A stretch of DNA of 64,000 nt from Chrysomallon squamiferum (GCA_012295275.1 CM022673.1:12648001-12712000), one strand, 5' to 3'; numbered from the stretch's first letter, positions 38,001 to 52,600 are shown. Notes: generated from the sequence alone by a model not told the origin. Numbers and translations are program-made.

Positions 38001-40943
38001 GTCAATGTCGTAACTCTATGTTATAGAATAAAGGGTTTATAACAAGAAATTGTATCAAACAAATACATAACAGAAAAAAAATGAGTCTAAATAATTTATA
38101 TTTTTTTTCACACCTCAGACCATAGGTAATACATGGTTTTGTTTTTCCAAGCCAATAGTTGTCAGAAATACAGACGTAATCAGTACCCTGAAAATTCATT
38201 TTGAAACTGTGTTATAAAAACCATAAAACCCAGAATATTTCAAACAAAATAACATTTACTTAAAAAAACAATTTATAATTATAAACAACTACATTACACA
38301 AATAGACCACAATACATGGTTCTTACTTAAATATAACTGTACATGTTTTTGAAACTTAAAATCCTTGTCCATTAAACTTCTACACTTAGCATTAAGGAAA
38401 TGGAAACAATTTAACTTCTGAATATAAAACATGAGATATTATTTTGAATTATTTTTTAAATGCACTCAAACCTTAAGGAATGTGTCTTTCTTTGACATGA
38501 TAAAATCATCCAAACCTTCTGAACCAGATTCTTCCATACCTTCAAAACAAAACTGAAAACAAAAATAAATAAATAAATAAACAAGAAAAAATATATTCAG
38601 TACTTCAAAAACTAAACTGAGAAAAGAGTCAAACATTCAACAACCTTGTTTCTCATAATTTTATAAACTATCTTGGTCTAAAAAGAAAAACAATAATTTT
38701 AATATCTATGATAAAAACTGTTACCTTGATGTTCACTGGAATGTCCATCTTTATTTCTTTCATTGCTTCAATGCTATTTATCCAGGCAATAACTGGTGCC
38801 TTAATATCAAAATAAAAGAATAATAAGTAATCATAAGAAACCCACAAAAAAATTAAAAAAATTAATATGAATAAATCAATAAGGTGTAATACCTGAAGTA
38901 AGAACTGTGATTATTATTTTTCTTTGTTTTCAAAAGAAAGTCTAGAAACCTCAATCATGGAAATTTAAGAACCACTGTATAAAAAGTGATAATCCAAAAC
39001 TTCATGTTCTGTTCAGTTCTTTACATTTATATGAAAAAACCAGAAATATTTCATGTAAAGTTGCACTCTCATTAAAAGGGCAAAAATAAGAACATGGATA
39101 TCTGATAGAAAGAAAAATTTAATTTCGTGTCTTATTTTTTTATTTATTCTTAATGACATCACTGTTAACTATCATTCAATTAATAAATCAAAAATACATA
39201 CATATATTAGCTGTAAATATATCATATTACCTTATCATCAGTAGCTCCTCGCCCATAAAACTTCCCATCTTTTTCTGTAAGAACAAAGGGCTCAGTATCC
39301 CAGCCATCATCCTAATAAAAAAATATATATACATGCATTTTAGTGATGCCATCTTGAACTGATCTCTTTTTTCTTGTTTTTTTTAACTGTTTTTATTTTT
39401 TTTTTTATTTTTTTTTTTTTTCAATAGTCACTTGATCTAAATGATTCCAAATGCTACTGGTAATGGAAAATCAATTCTAAAATAATCCCAATTAAAAAGG
39501 GAAATTTTTACACAGTGTGTCTGTATTTTGTGTAGTGTGGAGGTGTATCAAGCAATGAATTGTTTAGTATTTTATTTTATTTTTTCTACTACTTTTTTTT
39601 TTTTTTTTTTTTAATGAAGTTTATTTCTAAATTATGGGAGATACGGGATTTTTTTTTTTTTTTGCAGTTCTTTGCTATTATTTTGTGAACTTTTAATTAA
39701 TTTTATTATTAATAATAATTTTATTTTTGTCATTTTGTTTGGGTATTTTTGTAGAAGGGACATTTTGGTTTAACCTTAATTTGAAGAATGTATTTTTATT
39801 TTTATTTTCTTGGATGTGATCTTACTTACAATGCTGGCAGGCTGGACATCAAGATGACCATATATGAGAATGGTTTTTTTCTGAGGGTCATTTCCAAGCT
39901 GTCCAATGAGCACTGGGGGCAGGGGCAATTTTTCACCATCAGGTAGCTGTCGGTGACCAATTTCCGCAATTTCACACGTTGCCCCAAGCTTTTTCAACTC
40001 CTTTCAGTTAACAAACAAATACTTCAAGAGATTAGCATTTTATTTTTATTCATCTATTCAATTGCTTATAAACATAAAAAAAAATTCAATCCATTATTAT
40101 CAGGAGTAAACGCATTTGATCAGTTCTTTATTGAATACTGTAATCATTTTCTGTCAGTGGAATTCTTACCTTTTCTGTCCATTCAACCATTCGGCGTATT
40201 TCTGGCCATTTCTCAGGCAGTGCAGAAATACTCTGAATTGCAACAACATCAGACAGTCGCTGTACATACTTCTTCTGATTGTTATCAATATGTCTGCAGA
40301 AATAAACATGTTAATTCTATTTATTATTTTATTCAAGGCCTTCTGATGCAATAACCACAGTCCAAGAAAGGTACTCCACCCCTTGTCCTATCCATAGCTT
40401 AAAATTTAATGACATTATAATTCAAGTGCTGAAAGTGAAATAATTTATAACTATTTTTCAGTTTATATATAAAGCTATTATTATTTGTTAGCCTTTAATT
40501 CTTTTGTTTCTTTCCTAGTTAAAAAAGAATATAATAATAATAAATAAATAAAGCAATAAAAGAAAGAAGAAAAAAATAAAAAATAATAATTAATTTTGCT
40601 ATCTTCTTCTTCTAACTGCAAAAATTAATTTTAAAAATAAATTCATGAGGACATTTTAAAAAAAAATAAACAAAGTAAAATTGAATTAAGGGCATGATAA
40701 AGTAGAGTCCAAAAAGTAATAATAATAATACTGTGGCTGGACTTTAAACCATTGCAGTTTGAGTTCATGGTAAAGTACACCGTACACTGACACAGTAACA
40801 CTCCGACTGATCTACACCTCTCTTGGCATTTCTCAAGTAAACCAATAACTAACGTCAAATAACCTTGGTGTCAAGAACAATCTAATTAGTTGTGAATATT
40901 AATTTACTTTAAATCAAATAACTTACGCGAATAATTTGTCCAT
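35057..40943 (-). CDS. CNDP2: Cytosolic non-specific dipeptidase (M20A metallopeptidase, CNDP2-like); complete, 13 coding exons, 471 aa
   Basis: Exons (minus) 40943-40927, 40293-40170, 40000-39830, 39311-39231, 38799-38725, 38552-38472, 38187-38114, 37441-37367, 37057-36813, 36464-36293, 35855-35770, 35502-35336, 35104-35057 (1416 nt). Metal-ligand and catalytic motifs intact: [62 protein letters not shown]. No signal peptide (MDKLFAHID...). Confidence 0.96.
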
Positions 40944-40959
40944 TATGATTACTGAACAA

Positions 40960-41270
40960 AACCAGAAATTTTCTAAAAACAAAAGTTACTTTCGTCTTCC
41001 GTGGAACACCCGCTCCGGCCTTAACTCCGCCCACTTTTAAGTGTCGTGTGCAAAAAACCCTATTCCACTTTTCTTAAGAAATATTATATAATTTAATACA
41101 GAAAATTAAATATTTTTTTCTAATATTACTGAATACAGTAGAAATTATTAAATATTTCATTTTTACAAAGTGTCATGTTTCAAATTCGAAACAAATATTG
41201 TGCTCTGTTCGTCAACATACGGGCACCCAAAATATGGCGGATTTGGCAACATGGCGAAAATCTCTAAGAA
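40960..41270. promoter_or_regulatory. Probable bidirectional promoter of CNDP2 (-) and PHRF1 (+)
   Basis: CpG-containing patches at 40990-41050 and 41200-41260 around an AT-rich core. GC-box-like CTCCGCCCAC at about 41025; YY1-like AAATATGGCGG and AACATGGCG at about 41230-41256. CNDP2 ATG is at 40943. The PHRF1 ATG exon has an acceptor at 43934-43935, implying an upstream non-coding exon. Confidence 0.6.
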
Positions 41271-43804
41271 TGTGACCTGAATATTTTCGTCAGTTACTAG
41301 AAGTAATTGGGTTTTTATAACGTAATTTGAAAACATGAAATGTATCTCAGATAATATCATTGGTAAAATTGTTGCAATTTTAATATTTTGTTGATGTAAT
41401 TTTATTGTATTTATGGAAATCTGACAAGACGGTGCTTGGGTGAAAAAAGTGTTTGCAATGTAAACGTTTGTTGATGATGCCGACTGTTATCATTTGCGTT
41501 GAATTGTTAGATTTTTATGTCAGAGTTGTCTTTTCTGGATATCACTTGGATTTAATTCATGGGTAAATACAACAATTTATATTGATTCAAACCTAATTTT
41601 TACGATTAAACCTTGATTGATTTGTGTTTTGATTTGATCCCGTATCTCACTACCTCAGTATCTGTTAAACAGTGTTACGTTGTTTAGTTAAATATGAAAA
41701 CAAATAAAAACTGAAAGATTTGTAGTGTCTAGAGGAATAAGTGCGACTATGCAAATATTATTTTAAAATGAAGAAACAATATCAGCTTATGGTGACTAAT
41801 TTTGTATGTTGAAATGATGCAAATTTTGACATATTTCAATTTTCGTTGTATTTATTTTACCTATTACTTGTATTAGTATTACTGAATATAATAATTAATA
41901 TAATAATACTTAATATTAAGTTTAACAAATTCTTGAAAAGAAAGTATTTATAACACGACATGGTGAAAATTCAGATTCTTTATTAATACTGCATGCCTGA
42001 TAAAGCAATAAGAAAAAGTGATTTAAAGAAAAAAATAATAAAACAATTCTGTGCCTGAACTATAGATTATAATCACCACCAAAACTTTAATGATTTCTCA
42101 GTATAGGGCTGAATTCATGTGTAAGAGGAATTGCTATATGCACATTTAAAGAAATATGTTGTTGTTGGGTTTTTTAATCTAAAACAGGAAATGTCATATT
42201 AGATATTTGACATTAATATTATCACCTTTGTTGATTTAATGTCTCATTGCTCTTTCACAACTGTATAGAACAAATTTAAAAGCTTAAATAAGACAATAAC
42301 CATTTTATGATAAAAACTAATATTACAAAGGCACAAAGGAGCTGCATAATTATTAAAAAATAGAATAGATCATTTAATTTTCATTAGTATGCTCTTGATA
42401 AGTATGTATTTAACTTCATAGCAAAATATTTTGTAGATATGTGCTAATTCGTGTTTATAAAATTGGACAAGTTTTTCTATTTTTCTATTTTCATTTTTTC
42501 TTTTTTCTTTCTGTCTTTATTTTTTAACTATTTATTGTTATTGTTATTATTATTAATAATTAACAAGAATGGTCATTCCTAAAGTGACACAGAGTAATAG
42601 GAAATAGCATTTCACAATGTTTTTCACAATTTTATGCATATACTGGAAGACAGTTTAAGAAAAGTGTTGATTTTGTGTAGCATCTTTCAGAGAACTTAAA
42701 ACTTGGAAGAAGTAACGTCTAACGATATTTTACAAAGGTCACTTGAAGTTGAAGCAGTATTTTTATGATGATTTGCTGACTGAGAATAAAAGAAATTATA
42801 GTAATGTTTACAGCACTGACCACAGATACAACGTGGAATATAGACCTAGTTTATTACATGAACACAAGAGAAAAGAAAATAGATTTTATCTGACAATCTG
42901 TGCATTATATTGCAGTCTTCTACAAATAAATGTAATACAAGTTGCCTTGAATTTATGTAAATTATCTTTGAATGAACTATCTCATAACTATAATTAAAAT
43001 ATTTGTCATATTGTTTTCTTAAATTTCAAAATATTCTGTCATATTTTTAACGGCAGAAAAAATACTATGGAAAAATATGTCAAAAGAAATATATTTAACC
43101 TTAGCTGAAATAATAAATTTCCAGTATATGTCGATCTTTATATTTCTACATTAGTTGTCATATTTATGTAATGTGGTAGAGGTAAAATATAAATGTATAC
43201 ATTAATATTTAATATTGTATTACTCTAGATAATTTTAATGCCGTTAGTTAACATCTTTTTATTACTCCTGTTTTAACCCCAGACAATTAATGGTAATAAT
43301 AAAGAACTGAAACATTAAAGATTGTCAAGCCATTTAAAAAATAAATAGATAAAAAAAAATGTTTGATAGTTCCTATAATTATTACAGCAAGACACTTGGG
43401 TCGTTTATTTAAAAACAAAAAGAAAAATTGCTTCTGTAAAACACTGAGCTCAAATGATACATGTATGTGATAAGTGAAAGTGAAAGTTACTATTACAGGT
43501 ATTTAGAATAACACGTTTCAACATGTTAATAAAATAATGTTAAATAAATTATTTGTTGCCTCTTTGTGTGTTCAGAAAGTCGAGCTGAAATGATTGTGAG
43601 ATTTTCTACATTGTTAACTTCAGAATGAAAGTGACCAACAAATTGTATATACAGAATTATCCAGTACCTAGGAACTGAATATATGTATGTTAGAAATGTA
43701 GTCATTGCTGAATAAAATGTTTTAATACAAAGTGTTGTTTATTGTGCATGTTTAAAAAAATATGTATTTAAATTATCCACATTGTTTTTCAACTGAAAAT
43801 ACTG

Positions 43805-43840
<36 letters not shown>

Positions 43841-44023
43841 CCAAAATTTATTTACCAGATTTCTTTTTTTATAATATATATATATATATATTTTTTAAAT
43901 TATATATGTGACAAATTTTACTTCAAAATTTTTAGGTACTGAGAAGATAGCCTGTGTTGCCAGTCGTCAGTTAGGACAGTGTAGTTGATACATCCTGAAG
44001 AAAAATAAGTCTGAGATTTCAAA

Positions 44024-46773
44024 ATGGATGACTCCAATGACTTTGGGTATTCAAGCTCATCAGACGAAGGCAGAATGCAGATTGATGAGTCTGCTGGTAG
44101 ATCTGATGATGAAGGACCAAAGAATATTGTTCAGCCTCCATCAGTTTTTGAAACTCTGAAAGGTACAAAGAGAAAAAAATGTATTATATTTAATTTGTTT
44201 ATTGTTGTAGTTTTTTTTTTTTTTTTTTCCCCTGGTATTTCAGAAAAATAATGAAGATGCTCTTGGATTAATAGTTATTGGAAGTGATCTTTTTTAATTA
44301 GTATCTAAATAATTACAATTCCTCAACTGTGATTACCAGTTATTTGAACCAGTTACATATATATATATATATATATTCTACAATTTGTATGTAAACAAAC
44401 CAGTTTCCTTATATTACTGGGGGTGGGGTTGGTAGATTTTGAGAATAAACTGTCATGTTATCAGAAATTTAGAGAGTTGTGTAATGCTGTATACTTGTTG
44501 TAATTTGATGAGCTTTAATAAGCATATTTTGATTACCAAAACAATATAAAAAAAAAAAAAAAAAAAATATTTTAATTTTTGTAATTTCTTAATTTTTAAT
44601 TTATTTTTACAGAAAATGATGATGACGATGAAGAAGTAGTAGTAGAAGAAGGAAGTGAAGAAGAAGAAGAGGATGATGAGGATGATGATGAGGATGATGA
44701 AGAAGAGGAGGGAGATGAAGATGAGGAGGGGGAGGAGGAAGAAGAAACTGAAGATGATGATGACGATGAAGAAGAAGAAGAAGAAGGTATACAATGGGCA
44801 TGTTCAGATGTTTAATGTTACTGTTCGAAGAAAAGTGTAGAAGAGTGGGATCAGTCCTCTTTGGTGCATCTACTGTTCTGATTCTTATTCCTCTAGTTCC
44901 CTAAAACAGGTTTATCAGAGCCACAGTATGTGTTTCCTGTTCTCTGGGAAAGTATCATTCACTGGCAGTAACTTCTGTACAACAATAGGTTAACCAAAGA
45001 TAATCATTAAGACTGGATGAGACAAATTTATTTTTATGAATTATTTGTATTACAACAAGGTTGAATGCACTGAAGTTGGTTAATAAATTATTTCCATCAT
45101 TAACTAGATAGAGGGGAAAAGATGATGATGATGATGATGTTAGTTCATTTGTTTTTATCAGGCTGAATGTTATTTCATAATGAATGATTTTTAAGGATAA
45201 TAAAGTTATAAATATGTGACTTAATTAACTAATTATGTTTCTGTTTACTCAAATGGGGAAAAAAGTGAAAAGAAGACAGATTTGTTTATCTCTGAATGAA
45301 CAAAATTAATAAAGTTATGAAACCCAAGGATTAATTAACAAATTATAATTTTTTAATTTACCTCCTAGAATGGGAAGAATATGAAGAAGATGATGTTGAT
45401 GCTGGTCTTGGTGTCAGTGCAGCTGTAGAGAGTGATGATGGTGATGAGGATCCCTGTCCTATTTGTTTGAACAAGTTCCGAGACCAGGATCAAGGAACAC
45501 CAGAATCATGTGATCATCATTTTTGTCTGGAGTGTATTCAAGAGTGGGCAAAGGTTGGTGTCCATGTTTGTAACAAACTGCTGATATTTTACTGTGTCCT
45601 TGAGACATTAAATTAAAATGTTAGTTTCCCATATTTTAACAATGTACAGTAAATAAGTTTAAAACAACAATGCAGAGTATTAATAAATTTAGATCTTCTC
45701 ATATTTTAACAGTGTAATGTAGAGAAAATAGCATTTGTAAAAATTCCTTACTATAAAGATAAATAATAATGCAGAGTAGTAATATTCAGATGTTAAAGTG
45801 ATGTGCCAGTGATGTGTTCATTTCAAGTTGTTGTGGGATTTATTTATTTTTTTACTTTTTTTTTTTTTTATGCCTGTGTGGTGCTGTTGTTGTTTTCTCT
45901 CAACTGTTTTCAAATTTTGTTTCAGAATGTTAACACCTGTCCTGTAGACAGACAGGTATTTCGTCTTATCCTGGCAAAGCATGCAGGAGATGATGCTGTA
46001 TATAGAAGAGTAAGCATTCAGAAATATTAAATATAAATTCTCATACTGAGAACTAAGATATGTTCACTATTTTCTTTATTTGTTGTTTGTTGAAGGGATT
46101 TTTAATTTATTTTTTTTCTTATATTTATTTATTCTTATACCTATTAATAGTATCCAAAAACATTCTCGCGTGACATAATTTAATACAGATGTAATGTAGT
46201 TTAGTGGTTTATATTTGAATTTATGTCCACCATATATTAATGTATGTATTTTACTTTGGCTTATAATTTTAATTTATTACATAAAATAAGATGAACTAGG
46301 AAGTTATGTATTGGTTGATGTTGTTTTTTTGTTTGTTTTTCTCCTTGTTTATAAGATTGGTTTTTTTTGCATTTTTTTTTGCTTGAAATTATTTTAAAAG
46401 TCGGAAACATCATAATTAAAAAAAACATTTAATTTAATAATCCAGAAATTTATTTTAAAGGTAGAATCAGGTCTTAGATTTGAGAAGATTAATATTTTTA
46501 AATTTTCACCCAAACAGATAACTGTAGAGGACAAAAACACACAAGAGGAAGCTGAAGATGAACTAACTTATTGTGAGGTGTGTGGACGTTGTGACCGCGA
46601 GGACCGACTGCTGCTTTGTGATGGCTGTGATTTGGGGTAATCCAAAAATCACAAATCATTGGAAATTAAAAGTTTCTGTATGCAGTTAAAACATTTAACT
46701 GGCTTTTGGTTAAAACAAATAATTTTATATTTGTAGATATATACATTTATATATAAACTGGTCATTCAAATGA

Positions 46774-46821
<48 letters not shown>

Positions 46822-49605
46822 TACACATGCACACACTGAGTGAAGTTATTACAAATTTATTTTATAAAGAATTGCAGTCCTATATTTTTTTATTTTTTTA
46901 TTTTTTTTAAATTACGGTTAAATAATTTGAATGATTTGTTTAGTTTTTGTTCCTGTTGCAATGTCTGACTATGTCACTTCAGTATATTTATAATTGTTTT
47001 TTAAATACATTTTAAAAATGATAATTATTTATGAAATTTATTATTATTTGTCATTTGAAAATTTAAATTAAAAACAGCAACTATTTTTTTTATTATATCT
47101 GTGTAAAATATGTTTTTAAAATTTCTGTTTATTAATTTTAAAATACATACATTCATACACATAACTTAAATTTCAGTCAAATCAGTATTCTAAGAATACA
47201 TTTTGAATTATTTTAGATATCATCTAGAATGCTTGACCCCTCCCTTGTCTGTAGTCCCAGTAGATGAATGGTTCTGTTCAGACTGTGCTGCAGCAAATAA
47301 AGGTGAGATTATTTGGGGAGATCCCTGGGGTGGTGGGTTACCTCCCATTCACAGTGCTCTGAAGTACAGAAAATTTGTCTTGATAAGATTTTAACCTTTT
47401 TTAATACAGATTTATTATTGAATGGAATTTATTATTTTTTATGATCGATAGGATTTATAAATCTGGATTTTTTTTTATTTTTTATCTTCTGTATACCCAT
47501 AAATATATTTTAATTTGTTATTCAGTAATAGAAAATTAAAAGTAATTTTTACAAAGTGTGACCTAGAAATATCAGAAAGGTAATAATTTTCTTTGTAACA
47601 AATAATTATTTACTGTTACTTGTATTAGGAACTTCAGCTGTTACAAGTGAAGAGGAAGAAGAGGTAGTGCGTCCTCGAAGACGATTGATAGCAAGAACTT
47701 TAGTGAGCGAGCGAGTGCGCACACTGATACACCAAACACGCCTAGAGAGAGCAAGACAGCGACGTATTTTGTCTTCCTCAGAGGTACCAATTAAAGATAT
47801 CCACACCTTTAGCCATTTAGACAGAGCAAGACAGAAATAACTTTTATCTTCTTCGGAAGAATGTTTATTATTGACAAATTAAAAATATGCACAATTTTAG
47901 ACAGATCTAAAGAGAGCAAGGTGGTGAGATATATATTTCCCTGAAATAGAAATACATTTTGAAATTTACTGTTTGTGATAAATAGTTTGATACTTAAATA
48001 AATAGATAAAGTTTTTAAATTTATCGATCGTGGTAAATTATTTTATACTTTGAAATTTATTGAGTATGGTCAAATGTTTTTATGCTTAGCATATTATACA
48101 GGATTTGAAAAAAACAAAAACATAATTAAAGTGTTAAACTTGTGTTTTCAGGACGAAAATGCAACTGCACCAAAGAGAGCGACTCCCAAAAAACCACCGG
48201 TGAAGCGGAAAGTGATAAAACGAAGAAAGACAAGACGACGAAGACGAGTGAGGAAAACAAAGACAGGAGCGAAGAAAGGAACGAAGACAAAAGGAAGAAA
48301 ACGAAAAACCAGAAGAAGAAAGACCAGAAAAGGACTGAAAAGAAGAAAGGTTGTTTATTGTTATTTTTATAAATCATACACAGTGATTCTCTTGTTTTAA
48401 TATGCAACAAGACTACAAGTTTACATAAGAAATATTGATGGTAATTTGAATTGGCTATCAAATTGCCAAGCACGTTTTTAAAAGATTCAACACACACATG
48501 TTAAACTAATGTCTACTTCATTCAGTTCAGATGTATCCAGTGACATTTATTGTGTTCATTGTATACATTGTGTAGAATTGTGTTAATGTTCAAAGCTAGA
48601 AAAAAAAAACCACTAAACTTTAATCCAAATGTAAATGTTGATTCTGTGAATTATTTGAATGGACTGATGTTCAGTGTTTATCACATCAGTTCATGATTGA
48701 TTTATCTAGAATATAATAACCTAAGTGATCTCTATTCATTATTGAAATAATAATTGTTGATCTTTCAAAAAACATAAAAGTTTAAATAAGCACAAATGTT
48801 TACTGAGGTGTTTTTTGTCGCAGATAAAGAGATTGACAGCTAGGACGCCTGTGGTTAAAACAGTGAAGACTCGAATCGCAGAGAAGCTTGGCTTGTCAAA
48901 ACCCCCAGTAGGACTGTCAATTCCACTTCAGAAACTGCCCACTGGAAAGTCAATGGACATGCAAAGAGCAGAGATAGGAATATCTTCATTCTCCATTCTA
49001 GGCCACAAAGACGACCTGGAGCCAGTTTATGAAGAGTAAATAGTTCATTAATTTCAGTAACAGCAATGTGAAATTATGTTTTATTTATTATTATCTTAAG
49101 TTTTACTCATCCTCTGAACAGGAATACGTATCTTTTATTTGTTTCGAAAATAAAATGTATATTGTTGAAGTTAGTGATTCCATTTCTGTTAATCCACCAA
49201 TAGAGTTACTTCCCTGCAACATTTCTAGAAAAATCTGTTCCACAAAATGTTTAATAGTTATATGAGGAAGCTGACAGCAAACTCAAAATGTCAGCTGTTA
49301 CATGTTGTAGCTCTTTGAAATAGCATGTTTCTCTTTCATTCTGAAGTTTACTAAAAATACACAAAAAAACAACAACAAACATGCATACTGGCTATAAATG
49401 TTCATTATTTGTTAAATCTTGTTTTGGTTACAGTGAGAATGAATCAGAAGAGCAGCCTGGGACATCATCTAGCTGTCCGGTAACTAGTCGTATTGTCAAA
49501 TACTCAAAGTCCTCTCTGCTATCGCGAAAACCCGTCTTCAAAATCAGCACAACAGCAGAAAGGTAGGAAATCTCTACTTTTTATTCTTCTTTCTATTACA
49601 TTTTT

Positions 49606-49643
<38 letters not shown>

Positions 49644-52600
49644 GATCAATTTTTTTTTAATCATTATTATTATGTTCATTTTATGGTGTTGATTATTATC
49701 AGAATATTATTTGATCTTATCTTGAATCCTATTAATATTTATATTTTCTGAAGATTATTTTTAAATGTTATAAAAGGTTAATAAAAAGAAATTAAAAAAT
49801 GTATGATCTCTTCTTCATTAGTGAGTTCCAACATTTCATTACTCTAAGTATTTTGTAAGAGAATGTATAGCAGTTTGATGAAAACAGTCACAGGAGTATC
49901 GGATACAAAGTAACCATAGTTTTAATTCTCTTTCTGTTTTATGATTTTTTTTGATTTTTTTTTTTACAGAGTTTCTAATCCGTCCACTACAAATGCTGCT
50001 CCCTCTGCAACTACAAGTGCTGCTTCTGTAGATATTCTTGGTTCAATCATGCAAGGCCAGTCTTTCTTACATATGCAGAGCAAAGATGTGACTATACACA
50101 AAGATGGTGAGAAGAGAGTTTGAAAAACAAAATAACTGCATGACATGTAAAAAACACACACGTATGAAGTTGATCAGCGAAACATTGTTCTTTCTCATAA
50201 AAGCTTTGTCAGAGTTATCCTTTGTATTAAAATTATTTTATCTATCAGACAGGCAGCATATCCTTAACAACAATAGAGTGATTTCTTAGTGGATTTTCTG
50301 AACTGCTATCAGCTATTCTAAATCAGTACCTTATTTACACTAAGTTAGTAAACAAAATTAAATGAAAAAAACAAAATTAAACTATTCTATCATTACTTTT
50401 TTTGTTTCAAAGCTACATTCTTTTATTCCTTGTTAAGAGCATTGTTTCAATGTATTTTATCTTTATTCCACAGGTTCACTTAAGCCAAATAAGGAGGTAC
50501 CTGAAGCAAAGATCTCTGAAGTGAAGGACAACAGAATATTTGAACTGAACACATTCAGAAAGGATTCAGAGACCAAAGAGTCTAAAGAAGAAGAAAGTTA
50601 CAGCAACCCACTGCAGCCTGACCAGACATCTCCAGACAACACAGCTGATACTTCGCATGAGAAATCTGACAGTGACTACTTGACTGTGTTCGGAATTGGG
50701 AAGAAAATTCTAAAGAAAAAGGAAAAGAAGAAGTCAGTTCTAAAGACAAAGAGAATGAAAATATATATGACCCCTCTGAGCCTACAGAGGATGTGGATAT
50801 ATTTCCAGAAGAAAGCGTTCCTGTGAATAAATCTGCTGAATCTAAAAAGAATTCAGACACTTCGTCTAAACTGCCCGTTCATTCTGATATTTCTGACGAC
50901 GACAGTTCTTCTGAAAAACGTGTGGTTGTTGAAAAGGATTCATCTTTAATGATCGAGCTGTCACGTACAGACGACAACACTCCAGATTCTCAGAATTCTC
51001 AAAGCAGACGTCAGAGTTTTCAAGAAGGAGGAAAGAAGACTGATGTGCCAGCAGGTAAAGAGGCTGAGGATGAAAAGGCCAGTTTTGAAGACGGTGAAAT
51101 TTTACGGACAGAGGAAGATACGCGTGAATCGCCTGGCAGATGGTCAGTAGACAGTGACGAGAGTGCTTTAGAGAAAGAATATCAAATGAGAATGCAGGAG
51201 TTCGCAAAGCTCTCCAAGAAGGAGAAAAAGGTGCACAGAAGAATGGAGGCTGATCAGGTTGAAGAAGGCGAGGAGAGTGTTTTTGATCGTTTGAATTTTG
51301 GAGAGTATGACGCGAGAGCTTACAGGAGTCGAGAAAAGAAAGAGTCGAGACGCAGGCGGAAAAGGGAACAGGAAGAAAAAAAGGAAAAATTGTTGTTGAG
51401 TCGACATGATTCCAAACGAGAGAATTTGAAAGTGCACGAGGAGGTTAAAAGTGATAGGGAGAGTTTGAAAGTGTATGATGACGTTAGATGTGAGAAAGAT
51501 GAAATTTATGTGTATGAAGAATGTGAAGTTCCCGCTGAAAAGAGGGAAAAGTCGAAACACGACAAGCACAGCAAATCTGAACAGTACGCCTATGAATCCG
51601 ACACTCACGTGAAGCGAAAGCACCGCAGAGACAAGTCTCGCTCGCAGAGCAGGTCTCGAGAAAAAGTGCGAACCCGATCACATTCTAAAGATCGATACAG
51701 AACACGATCTCGTTCACGAGAAAAACACAAAAGTCGATCAGTTTCTAGAGGCAGGCATAAGAGTCGGTCCCGCTCAAAAGAGAAACATGGAACTCACTCC
51801 AAGGAAAGACAGAGCACAAGATCACACGACCGGTCTCGGCGGAAAAGACGTGAACGAGATCGGTCTGGTTCTAAAGAAAGGTCCCCGGAACGAGAAAGAT
51901 CTTCTAAGAAAAAGAAACGAGATAAAGACCGAGAGAGAGAGAGAGATCGGAGTCGTGAAAAAACTGATAGGAAAAACTGGCACAGCAGGACACCATCTGA
52001 TTCCCCTAGTCCAGTGAAACATTCCGACAAAGATAGTTTAAGTAAAGAAAACCGACACCATCACAAAAGAAAAAGTTCGAGGCTGGATGATTATGATGAT
52101 TTTCCAGTGGCGGAGAAAACAAAGAAAACCAAATCCATAGAAACGGCAAAACCACATTTTGAAAAAACCATGAAAGTCATTGAACATACATGCAATTGTA
52201 ATGACCCCATTGTCATTGACGATGACGATGATGAAGATGGCGTGGAAGACAGTGTTATATTTGGAAGTATTGGTGTTAACTTTGAGGACATACCGACACC
52301 ATCTATGCCACCACCACCTAAAAAAGATACTGCTTGTGCCACAAAAGATAAAGTTTCTTCACCTGCTAATAAAGACTCTTCTAAATCAGCGGAAAGTGAT
52401 GGCAAGATTCCAACAATTATAGACCAGAAAGTACAAGCAAATGAAGACACTGCTGGCAAGAAAGATGGAAAGGAAAAGAAAATTCCCACTATCATTGATA
52501 AAGTCGCCTCAGACACTAATGAAAAGAAATTGGAAGCAGACATTGAAGGTGAAATGCACAATTACGACCCAGCTCATCCAACAGACGAGGAGCTGGAGAA

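Noticed and set aside
50582-52561. Antisense and alternate-frame ORFs within the PHRF1 large exon
   Set aside because: Shadow frames of a purine-rich low-complexity coding exon; no splice or motif support.
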